From assembly GCA_949288415.1 (NCBI GenBank), contig CASEKE010000010.1, positions 1,979 to 65,978 of the forward strand: 64,000 nucleotides of DNA, written 5' to 3'. Position 1 is the first letter of the stretch. Each line of letters starts with the position of its first letter. Source of the DNA: an uncultured Spirochaetales bacterium (lineage in GTDB: Bacteria; Spirochaetota; Spirochaetia; Sphaerochaetales; Sphaerochaetaceae). This document shows, in pieces, positions 1 through 7,491 of this stretch. The notes under the pieces are model-generated. The model saw nothing but the letters and a program-made list of their open reading frames with translations. It ran no database searches and was not told the origin of the DNA. The position numbers and the translations under genes were made by a program.

Positions 1-310
1 ATATGATACGTACATGGAGATCGCTGTAGCACATTCCGATGATTATTTCGCGCCGCTCTGTCTCATGAATGCCGCAGCTTCTGCGGAGAACATGGGAAAC
101 CAGGACGAGGCTCTCGATCTCTACACCCAGGTGTGGGACGTCTACGGAAAGGATGCTCCCGAAGCACCAAAGGCTCTGTTTTCCCAGGCTAGGATCATCG
201 AGGCCCAGGGCGATGTCGAGCTTGCTTCGTCGATCTACAACCAGCTTGCAGACGAGTTCCCGTCATCGTATTACTCTGCGCTGGCACAGGCAAAGCTTCT
301 GACAATCTGA
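1..310 (+). CDS. TPR-like repeat protein, C-terminal fragment (5' end outside window)
   Basis: Frame is open from the window edge through the listed Met at 14 to TGA 308-310. Ala/Leu/Tyr-rich helical repeats (ALDLYTQVW, SIYNQLADEFPSSYYSALA) resemble TPR/YbgF-type proteins. Confidence 0.55.
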   Translation, partial: YDTYMEIAVAHSDDYFAPLCLMNAAASAENMGNQDEALDLYTQVWDVYGKDAPEAPKALFSQARIIEAQGDVELASSIYNQLADEFPSSYYSALAQAKLLTI

Positions 311-355
311 TCGGAAGATAAAAACAAAGTATTATCCGTTTTCAGGAGGGATGGA

Positions 356-1156
356 ATGAAAAGAGACAGTAAAATGTTGATTCTCATTTCTTCCCTTGTT
401 TTTTTTGCTGTCTCCTGCGGAATTCCCAATTACTTCGGAGAAGTCAGCAAATATGTGTCATTCAGCAGCGATATGCTTGAAATCGAGGATAAATCGTACT
501 CCGACGGTTTTAATTCTTCAGATATATATCCTAAGTTGATGTTTCTTTATACGGTCTATGACGATACAATATTCTATGACGATATTTCGCCATCGACAAT
601 AACAAAAGATCTTAAAGCTACATTCGAGTCTGCAAGTTTACTTAATCAAGATAACTTCAAACGGTGGCCTTCCACAACAACAAGCCTATGCTCATCCAGC
701 ATAAAGGGAACTAAAAAGTCTCATGATTTCAGTCTTTACCAGTTTGCTGTAATTGATGGGAATTCACTTATTTCATCGACTCTACCGGTAGACGGAGGAG
801 ATGATTATTTGTTCTCTCCGAAGAACGTCAACTTTGAACTTAATCATAAATATAGATTCGATTATTCTGTTGAGATTGACGAAGAAGATGGATCTCAATG
901 TATCGTTATTTCCGTTATTGATACGACGACTTATCCTGAGAAAATGATGGCCAGCTATAAACTTGGATACTTTGGAAAGAATGGCTCTATAAATAGTTTT
1001 CCTTTGTCCTATAACTCTGATATGGAGGCTCCTTTCGACAAGGTTTCATCCAATCCCGAAGTGTCGATCTTAGCTGTCCTATATCTTCAAAGCGAGATAT
1101 ATAATAATACTATTATGAAGGTCGACTGGATAAAAAAACCTTTGAAATTGTATTAG
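356..1156 (+). CDS. Putative lipoprotein, uncharacterised family (paralog A)
   Basis: AGGAGG about 7 nt upstream of ATG 356. Signal peptide ends in lipobox AVS-C. Shares CGIPNYFG, PKLM.LYT.YD, FSLYQFA and VLYL.S..YNN blocks with the next ORF. Confidence 0.8.
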   Translation: MKRDSKMLILISSLVFFAVSCGIPNYFGEVSKYVSFSSDMLEIEDKSYSDGFNSSDIYPKLMFLYTVYDDTIFYDDISPSTITKDLKATFESASLLNQDNFKRWPSTTTSLCSSSIKGTKKSHDFSLYQFAVIDGNSLISSTLPVDGGDDYLFSPKNVNFELNHKYRFDYSVEIDEEDGSQCIVISVIDTTTYPEKMMASYKLGYFGKNGSINSFPLSYNSDMEAPFDKVSSNPEVSILAVLYLQSEIYNNTIMKVDWIKKPLKLY

Positions 1157-1430
1157 ATAGATAATCTGTTTTTTCATCATTGACTATGTTTCTTTTTCCA
1201 CGTTCAGTATTTCATTTCTGTTCTGCACTTTTGAAAAAACATACATCTGTTCTCTATCATGTGGACAATATTATTCTCTGTCTTTCATGAATAATAACTA
1301 TTGCAATAACAAACAGGTCGTTTTCGGCTCATGGCAGGAATTATCGCTGAAAATCTCAGCAGATTGAATATCACATAACTACCAGAAAAGTCACGTACAT
1401 TTTTCAAATCCATGACGGACAATTTTGCCC

Positions 1431-2222
1431 ATGAATAGAAAACTGTTCGTCGTATTGGCTTTTTTTCTGCCATCAGTTCTATTTCCATCTTGCGGTATAC
1501 CGAACTATTTCGGCAATGAAAATGATTATGTCACTTTTACCGGTACTCGTCTCGAGATCGACGATACGTCGAACTATGAGGATGGCTTCGACTCATCGAA
1601 AATCGAACCGAAACTGATGCTGCTCTATACAATTTACGACAGCACGGACATCTATGGCGGCATTTTTCTTTCTACAATTGAAGACAGACTTGAGCGAGAG
1701 TTCCTAAACGAATATAGGCTCTCCGAATACGATTATAGAGGTTGTTCCGACGTCTCGGATGCAGTCGTCTCAGTCACGATATCTGATGACGATTCTGTAA
1801 GTCATGTATTTTCGCTTTACCAGTTCGCACCGCTGGAAAATCTTCTGAACAATGATACAGATCCAAATGAGACCAATGCATCTCCGGATTATCTTTTCAA
1901 CGATTCAAATACGGGCTTCAAGGTTGCAAGGCAATACAATATCAGCTACACGAAGGATGAAATTTCAGAGTCTGACGACGATTATGTAAGAGTAATAGCC
2001 TCAGTTGAATCCGACGGGAAAATTCTATCTTCGTTCGCATTGGGCTATAAAAGAAAAATGGAATACTTTCCATCGAATTTTACCGATGTCGCCAAGGAAT
2101 ATGAATTCATTCATGCATCCATTTCGCCTGTGATAGCTATACTGCCAGTTCTATATCTGGAAAGCGACGAGTACAACAACAAGCAGATTATGATCGGTTC
2201 ATGGCAGGAAATCAAACTGTAA
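1431..2222 (+). CDS. Putative lipoprotein, uncharacterised family (paralog B)
   Basis: ATG at 1431 (the track start 1425 is a TTG two codons upstream). Signal peptide with lipobox FPS-C followed by the same CGIPNYFG motif. Tandem paralog of 356-1156. Confidence 0.8.
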   Translation: MNRKLFVVLAFFLPSVLFPSCGIPNYFGNENDYVTFTGTRLEIDDTSNYEDGFDSSKIEPKLMLLYTIYDSTDIYGGIFLSTIEDRLEREFLNEYRLSEYDYRGCSDVSDAVVSVTISDDDSVSHVFSLYQFAPLENLLNNDTDPNETNASPDYLFNDSNTGFKVARQYNISYTKDEISESDDDYVRVIASVESDGKILSSFALGYKRKMEYFPSNFTDVAKEYEFIHASISPVIAILPVLYLESDEYNNKQIMIGSWQEIKL

Positions 2223-2329
2223 TCGATTGCACAAACAAAAATCATCGATAGGGCGAGTATTATTCTTCGCACGAAAGCTTAGATAACACAATTTCATATC
2301 CAATAATCCAGCCAGAAAAAGTCTTAAAA

Positions 2330-2640
2330 CTTCGTTAATATTCTATCAGATACTTGACAGGAATAATGTATGGTCTGATTTGTTTTTCTCATAAATTTTG
2401 ATACTTTTTTGATGAATTTTATTTCAAAAAAACTTAATGTATATTTCAAAATATATAATAATAAAATGTTAATATAAAACTAGTCATTATTTTATATGAT
2501 TAAAATAAACTACATAAATTTTATAGTGATTAAATTAAATTTAACATTAATTCTTAGTATTTTTGAAATTCTAACGATGCTGAAATTCCATGTATATAAT
2601 ATATATTCTGTCAACTAGAATTGATTTTTCCCAAAAAGCA
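2330..2640. other. Extremely AT-rich non-coding tract
   Basis: Hand count gives 25 G+C in 180 nt (2401-2580, about 14%), versus 47-57% on sample lines of core genes. No ORF of 60 aa or more in any frame between 2223 and 2844. Confidence 0.9.
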
Positions 2641-2648
2641 GTGAATAC

Positions 2649-2792
2649 TTATAGGCAATATTTCACTGTAGAGCAATGAGTTCCGTACATTGTGTATGAG
2701 TGGACGATAGAAAGAACACAGAAAAGCATCGATGCGGAGAAAGCAGTGGCAGCACTGTGTAAAAATTCTATTGAACAATGCTTATGTATCAT
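2649..2792 (-). CDS. Candidate small ORF (47 aa, one hydrophobic segment, 4 Cys)
   Basis: Own translation: AGGAGG (2799-2804 on minus) lies 6 nt before ATG at 2792. Product is MIHKHCSIEFLHSAATAFSASMLFCVLSIVHSYTMYGTHCSTVKYCL, stop TAA 2649-2651. Below the 60-aa track cutoff, and no homology evidence. Confidence 0.3.
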   Translation of the reverse strand: MIHKHCSIEFLHSAATAFSASMLFCVLSIVHSYTMYGTHCSTVKYCL

Positions 2793-2844
2793 TACGATCC
2801 TCCTAGTGCTCGACATGATTCTGTTCCTTTGAAAAGAAACGACA

Positions 2845-3288
2845 TCAATATCCCAGATCTTTCATCAATCTTTCTATGCCGTTAGCTAAATCATTATATG
2901 TCGCCAGAAAGTCACCGGTATACCAAGGATCGGCTACATCCCTGTCAGGAAGCATCGGCCTCAGTTTCGATAGATTCCCGGGAAACATTCTGCCAAGGTT
3001 AAAAAGATTGTTCCTATCCATATAGATTATGTGGTCGAAATAGTCCATGTCAAGACTTGTAATCTGTCGTGCTTTATGAGGAATGACAAGAATGTGCTTG
3101 TTCAGAAGCATTCTCTTGGCCGGCGGATAGATAGGGTTTCCGATTTCTTCCCTGCTTGTCGCAGCGCTGTCGATCTCAAACTGCGATTCAAGTCCCCTAC
3201 TCCGGACAAGATCCGTCAGCATGCACTCTGCCATCGCAGAGCGGCAGATATTGCCGTGGCAAACGAACAAGATTCTATTTCTGGCCAT
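2845..3288 (-). CDS. Low-molecular-weight protein-tyrosine phosphatase
   Basis: P-loop VCHGNICRS (C-X5-R-S) at the N-terminus and a DP acid loop (DVADPWY). 147 aa. No extra Cys pair of ArsC-type reductases. Confidence 0.85.
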   Translation of the reverse strand: MARNRILFVCHGNICRSAMAECMLTDLVRSRGLESQFEIDSAATSREEIGNPIYPPAKRMLLNKHILVIPHKARQITSLDMDYFDHIIYMDRNNLFNLGRMFPGNLSKLRPMLPDRDVADPWYTGDFLATYNDLANGIERLMKDLGY

Positions 3289-3383
3289 TATATTTCTCCA
3301 AATTATTTGTCATTATATAGAAAGAGATATTTATATGGAAGATGAACGATCGCGGTATGGTCTGTCGCAGAATATATGCTTTG

Positions 3384-3412
3384 AAAAAAAATCCCCAAGA
3401 ACGGCTTGGGGA
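3384..3412 (-). terminator. Rho-independent terminator after the ABC operon
   Basis: On minus: stem TCCCCAAG, loop CCGTT, stem CTTGGGGA, then T8. Lies 19 nt downstream of the permease stop at 3431. Confidence 0.8.
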
Positions 3413-3430
3413 TATATATGAAAGAATTTT

Positions 3431-4273
3431 TTATCCTTTGATTCCACCTTCCAAAAGTCCTCCTAGGATATTCTTCTGGAAAACCAAAACCAGGATGAAC
3501 AAGGGAAGAATGGTAATTATGGACGCTGCCGATACGACCTCGAAAGGTATGCTGATTTCAAGTTGGTATAAAGTCAATCCGACTACGACAGTTCTTGCTT
3601 TTTCGAACGGATTAAGAACCTGAGAAAGCAGATATTTGTTCCAAGCACTTATGAAATCGAGTATTCCGATAGAGAATAGGCTTCCACGAAGAAGTGGTAC
3701 GTATATTTTTGTCATTATCTGAGAAAGACTCGCACCTTCGATTTCAGCGCTTTCCTCGAACGATTGCGGTATAGTCTTGAATGCGGCCGTCAGAAACCAT
3801 ATAGTCATCGGAAGATCCATTACGGAACTTATAACGGCAAGACCTACAAGGCTGTTCAGCAAATGAAGAGAGCTGTACATCTTATATATAGGATTGATGA
3901 TCGTGATTGTCGGAAGCAACGAAATTGCCAGGACGAAAAGAAGGAAAAGCCTTTTTCCTCTGATCTGTGTTCTGACAAGCGCATAACTTGCCAGACATCC
4001 AACGACCAGACAAAGCAATACAGCAAGAATCGACTGGCAGAATGAGTTCAAAACATAATGGACCAAAGGCTGACGAGTGAAAGCAGTCACATAGTTATCA
4101 AACTTCGGAGAGCTTGGAAGAAAACGAGCTGGAATCTGGGACAGATCCTGTTCACTCATGAAGGATGCACTGACAAGATAGAGCATCGGAAAAACCATGA
4201 TCAACAGATACAGTATCAGTAGAATCATCAATACCGTCTTCGATACAGTAATTTTTTTGTTCGTCACCATCAT
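3431..4273 (-). CDS. Carbohydrate-type ABC transporter permease (MalG/UgpE-like)
   Basis: 280 aa with about 6 hydrophobic helices and a binding-protein-dependent transport signature (EESAEIEGASLSQIMTKIYVPL). Abuts the upstream permease gene. Confidence 0.9.
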   Translation of the reverse strand: MMVTNKKITVSKTVLMILLILYLLIMVFPMLYLVSASFMSEQDLSQIPARFLPSSPKFDNYVTAFTRQPLVHYVLNSFCQSILAVLLCLVVGCLASYALVRTQIRGKRLFLLFVLAISLLPTITIINPIYKMYSSLHLLNSLVGLAVISSVMDLPMTIWFLTAAFKTIPQSFEESAEIEGASLSQIMTKIYVPLLRGSLFSIGILDFISAWNKYLLSQVLNPFEKARTVVVGLTLYQLEISIPFEVVSAASIITILPLFILVLVFQKNILGGLLEGGIKG

Positions 4274-4274
4274 T

Positions 4275-5150
4275 TCAATTCAACCTCGACTGAAGACTGT
4301 CCACGAAGAACAAACTTATCAGGACCGATGCCAGCAGGAGTACAACAGACATTGCTGAACCATATCCGATATTTCCATAAGTAAAGAAAGTATTGACTGC
4401 ATACATGGAAACAGTCGTGGTGCTTCCTCCCGGCCCTCCGTTTGTCATTGCGACGATCAGGTCATAGACCCTCATTGCGCCGATAATTCGGAAAAGTATA
4501 GTGACCATCATCGTCGGTTTGATGAGAGGAACGGTAATGGACCAGAACTGTCGAAATTTACCTGCACCGTCGATTGTAGCAACTTCATAATACTCCTTGT
4601 CGATAGTCAATAGACCGGACAGAAGCAGTAGAGACATATATGGGGTGTTCTTCCAAATATCCGCAAATACCACGGCAAACTTTGCAGTAAGTTCCTGTCC
4701 GAGCCAAGGAAAAGATTCCTGGAGAAAACCCATGGTCTTCAAAACATTGTTTATAAGACCATTGTAGGCAAATATCTGGGACCAGACTATTCCTGCGACA
4801 ATTGCCGGCATAGCCCATGGAATCAGAATTACAGCTCTGATGATACCTTGTCCGGGGATCTTCTTGCTCATCAGTAATGCTAAAGCCATTCCGATGACAA
4901 GCTGAAGAACAACAGTAAAGACTGTAAAAATCATCGTCCAGGAAAATGTATCCCAGAAGAAAGTATCCTTGAATACTTTGATATAATTCTTAAGTCCGGT
5001 AAACTTGATGCCCAATGCAGCTGTCTGAGTCCTGTATTCAAAAAAACTGTAGAAAATCGTCTGGACTGTCGGAATGGCAATCAGAAAAAATATCAGGATG
5101 GCTGCAGGAGCAAGCATCATATATCCCTGCATTGTTCTTCTTTTATTCAT
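4275..5150 (-). CDS. Carbohydrate-type ABC transporter permease (MalF/UgpA-like)
   Basis: 291 aa polytopic membrane protein with an EAA-like loop (YEVATIDGAGKFRQFWSITVPL). One-nt gap to the next permease. Confidence 0.9.
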   Translation of the reverse strand: MNKRRTMQGYMMLAPAAILIFFLIAIPTVQTIFYSFFEYRTQTAALGIKFTGLKNYIKVFKDTFFWDTFSWTMIFTVFTVVLQLVIGMALALLMSKKIPGQGIIRAVILIPWAMPAIVAGIVWSQIFAYNGLINNVLKTMGFLQESFPWLGQELTAKFAVVFADIWKNTPYMSLLLLSGLLTIDKEYYEVATIDGAGKFRQFWSITVPLIKPTMMVTILFRIIGAMRVYDLIVAMTNGGPGGSTTTVSMYAVNTFFTYGNIGYGSAMSVVLLLASVLISLFFVDSLQSRLN

Positions 5151-5215
5151 TTCTCATCTCCATGTCGATTCAACGGAGATGCCATTATCATCAATGGCAT
5201 CTCCTTGAAATCAGA

Positions 5216-6466
5216 TCAGTACATTATCGCGTTAAGCGAGTTCATGAGACTTTCAACTGCTTCTTCCGGTGTTTTCATTCCTGTAACAACCGCACTGGCC
5301 TCGACTTGTATTTTGGAAGAAATCTCCGCGTAGAAAGGCGTCAGTCCTCTCGGTCTGGCCGTGCTGAGCGGTTCCAGGAACTCGGGTATGTATTCGAATC
5401 CTTCCAGCGTCGATGACGGATCGTAGAACTCCTTGAGCGTCGGTACCTGCTGTACCATCTGCATGGCTGTCTTCTGTCCCTCATAGGACGCACGGTATTC
5501 CGCAAACTTCGCCGCTTCTGCAGGATGCTCCGAGAATTTCGAAACCATCAGTCCCCAACCGCCGAGGGCGCCGTTTCCCGGTACGGAAGCTATCTTCATC
5601 TTTCCGTTTACAGCAGAACCCTCGGAATTGTATTTTGCATATCCGCTAAGCCAGTCCGAAGTGAAAATCAGATCTCCAGCCACGACGGTATTTCTCATTG
5701 TATTCGTGTCGAATGATCCCATTCCTTCCGGGGAAATCTTTTCTGTATAGATGAACGACCTCATAAGCTCAAGTGCCTGCTTTGCAATATCAGCATCGAA
5801 CTGGAACTCTCCATTCTCGTCGACCATATCCGGTCCGCCCAGAGCCCAATAGAAGCTCAGGAAACAGCAAGTGAGCGATTCGTTCTGCACCCAGATAGAT
5901 CCCCATCCGTAAAGATCCGGATCGTTTTCTCCCTCCATGATTATCTTGCTGTCAGCTATTATTTCCTCGTATGTCGTAGGAACTGGAAGATTGTACTTTT
6001 CCAGAAGATCGGATCTGTAGTACATTGCGACAACATCTGCCATATAAGGCAGTCCGTATGTCTTTCCGTTGAAAGTATAGGCTGAAAGCATTGTATCGAT
6101 ATATCCATCGAAAACTTCTTTGTCTATATACTCGTCGAGAGGAATAATCCAGTCCGCAGAAATGAATATTGCCGGCCAGCAAGCATCTCCCGCAAAGACA
6201 TCCATTTCAGTTCCGCCGGATTGCAGAACCGTCTGGATTGTCTTGAGTCGATCGTTTGAAGAAGATGGAAGCTCGACATAATTGACTTTTATGTTAGGAT
6301 TCTCTGCTTCGAAATCTGCAATGATCTTTTTCTCCATTTCTACATCCGGTCTTCCGTAGTAAGTGATTGTCACCGGTCCGTTCGAAACATTCGACTCCTG
6401 AGAGCCCATGGCAAAAACGCTGAGTGCGATGCAAAGCATCGACATGACTGCCATCAATTTTTTCAT
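5216..6466 (-). CDS. Extracellular solute-binding protein (family 1, sugar or glycerophosphodiester type)
   Basis: 416 aa with an N-terminal signal peptide. Typical SBP_bac_1 layout. 4-nt overlap with the upstream GDPD gene. Confidence 0.85.
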   Translation of the reverse strand: MKKLMAVMSMLCIALSVFAMGSQESNVSNGPVTITYYGRPDVEMEKKIIADFEAENPNIKVNYVELPSSSNDRLKTIQTVLQSGGTEMDVFAGDACWPAIFISADWIIPLDEYIDKEVFDGYIDTMLSAYTFNGKTYGLPYMADVVAMYYRSDLLEKYNLPVPTTYEEIIADSKIIMEGENDPDLYGWGSIWVQNESLTCCFLSFYWALGGPDMVDENGEFQFDADIAKQALELMRSFIYTEKISPEGMGSFDTNTMRNTVVAGDLIFTSDWLSGYAKYNSEGSAVNGKMKIASVPGNGALGGWGLMVSKFSEHPAEAAKFAEYRASYEGQKTAMQMVQQVPTLKEFYDPSSTLEGFEYIPEFLEPLSTARPRGLTPFYAEISSKIQVEASAVVTGMKTPEEAVESLMNSLNAIMY

Positions 6467-7296
6467 TTTATTTCTCCTTTTATTGTTTCAATGTATTTTT
6501 TCAACAGCGAAGGCCAATCGGTCTGTATGATGTCATACCCTTTTTCGATCAGTTTTCCCCAACCGTATCCAGGGCCTTTTTTAATCGATGTGTTGTCGTC
6601 GCAACCTGCTGCAAGGGGGTGGCAATCGTTCAACGTCAAGGCATTTGTCCATGCAAGAAGACCTTTATCATGAAGGTTTTCGACAAACGAGGCCGATGCT
6701 ACCGGCTCATCCTCTGATGCATAGTTGATCTCCATTGCAACGGTATTTATTCCGGAGTATTCCATGATCATTTCAAAATCATCGATCGTTCGGATGATTC
6801 CCATATACTGCAGATCCGGAGCAACGGCGGAAAGCGTATCCAACAGATCCTTTTGAGGTGGACATTTCAAAATGATCTGATCGTCCATGTTCTTCGACTT
6901 CAGGTATCTGAGAACATTCTCCCAACCGCACTTCCAGCCTCTGTCGACGTTGATGAAACATCTCCCCTTCAGATAATTCAATACGTCATCCATATAATTG
7001 ACTTTCTCAGATACCGTCTCGAACATGCTGTTTCGAAATACGAGATGTCTGATTTCATCCGAAGTCAGATTCATCAATTTCTCATCTATACCGAAGCTCC
7101 CCTTCTCTTCTCCGGTATGGTATGCAAAGAAAACACCATCCTTCGACATGAGTATGTCCGACTCTACGATATCCGCTCCAAGTTGAAGCGCTGCTTCATA
7201 AGCCCCTATCGTATTCGGAAGGATGCTTCCACCCCAGTTTCCTCTATGTCCTGCGATAAGGACAGGCTTGGATTTCCTTGCTTCAAATAAATCCAT
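6463..7296 (-). CDS. Glycerophosphodiester phosphodiesterase family protein
   Basis: GDPD motifs HRG (AGHRGNWGG) and E.D (IVESDILMSKDG). 277 aa. First gene of the GDPD-SBP-permease-permease operon. Confidence 0.8.
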   Translation of the reverse strand: MDLFEARKSKPVLIAGHRGNWGGSILPNTIGAYEAALQLGADIVESDILMSKDGVFFAYHTGEEKGSFGIDEKLMNLTSDEIRHLVFRNSMFETVSEKVNYMDDVLNYLKGRCFINVDRGWKCGWENVLRYLKSKNMDDQIILKCPPQKDLLDTLSAVAPDLQYMGIIRTIDDFEMIMEYSGINTVAMEINYASEDEPVASASFVENLHDKGLLAWTNALTLNDCHPLAAGCDDNTSIKKGPGYGWGKLIEKGYDIIQTDWPSLLKKYIETIKGEIK

Positions 7297-7322
7297 TAAA
7301 TGGCCTCCTCTTCTTGGAATTA

Positions 7323-7351
7323 ATTCTGCATCTAAAATTGGTACGTGTCAA
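7323..7351 (-). promoter_or_regulatory. Candidate sigma-70 promoter for the GDPD/ABC operon
   Basis: On minus: TTGACA, 17 nt, CAGAAT. AGGAGG RBS follows before ATG 7296. Confidence 0.45.
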
Positions 7352-7436
7352 TATTTTTTTTATTTGTGATGAGCTAACTAAAATATTTCCTTATGATAAT
7401 TGATATTAATTTTTTTGAACGTTCCATATTTTTTAT

Positions 7437-7465
7437 TTGCCTTCTAAAAAAAATTATTTTATCAT
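7437..7465 (+). promoter_or_regulatory. Candidate sigma-70 promoter for the LacI-SBP regulator
   Basis: TTGCCT, 17 nt, TATCAT. GGAGGG RBS lies before ATG 7492. AT-rich context makes chance matches easy. Confidence 0.35.
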
Positions 7466-7491
7466 AACTGTTGTGGAGGGATTGATGGCCT

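Noticed and set aside
1332-1347. TGGCAG...TCGC element upstream of lipoprotein paralog B
   Set aside because: The GG to GC spacing is 11 nt rather than the required 10, and the -24 hexamer is imperfect. It is not a credible sigma-54 promoter on sequence alone.
2440-2480. dif-like XerCD site in the AT-rich tract (AAAATGTTAATAT versus the XerD arm TTATGTTAAAT)
   Set aside because: Only a 7-nt AT-only core (ATGTTAA) matches. There is no matching XerC arm or 6-bp central region geometry. Such a match is expected by chance in 14% GC DNA.
2496-2618. 40-codon hydrophobic ORF (MIKINYINFIVIKLNLTLILSIFEILTMLKFHVYNIYSVN) inside the AT-rich tract
   Set aside because: It has no RBS, and its composition simply mirrors AT-rich codons (Ile, Asn, Lys, Leu, Phe). 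It is not distinguishable from chance without conservation or expression data.
2223-2844. Possible CRISPR array, tandem repeats or an invertible promoter in the large non-coding gap
   Set aside because: There are no regularly spaced direct repeats. Only short AT-rich 9-mers recur (ATTTCAAAA twice), and a single 7-bp inverted pair brackets the core. No recombinase gene is adjacent.
7417-7424. Palindrome GAACGTTC in the divergent spacer as a possible LacI-type operator
   Set aside because: It is only 8 bp, does not fit the 14-bp TGWAANCGNTNWCA-type consensus when aligned on the central CG, and overlaps neither predicted promoter. It could be tested by EMSA but is not claimed.
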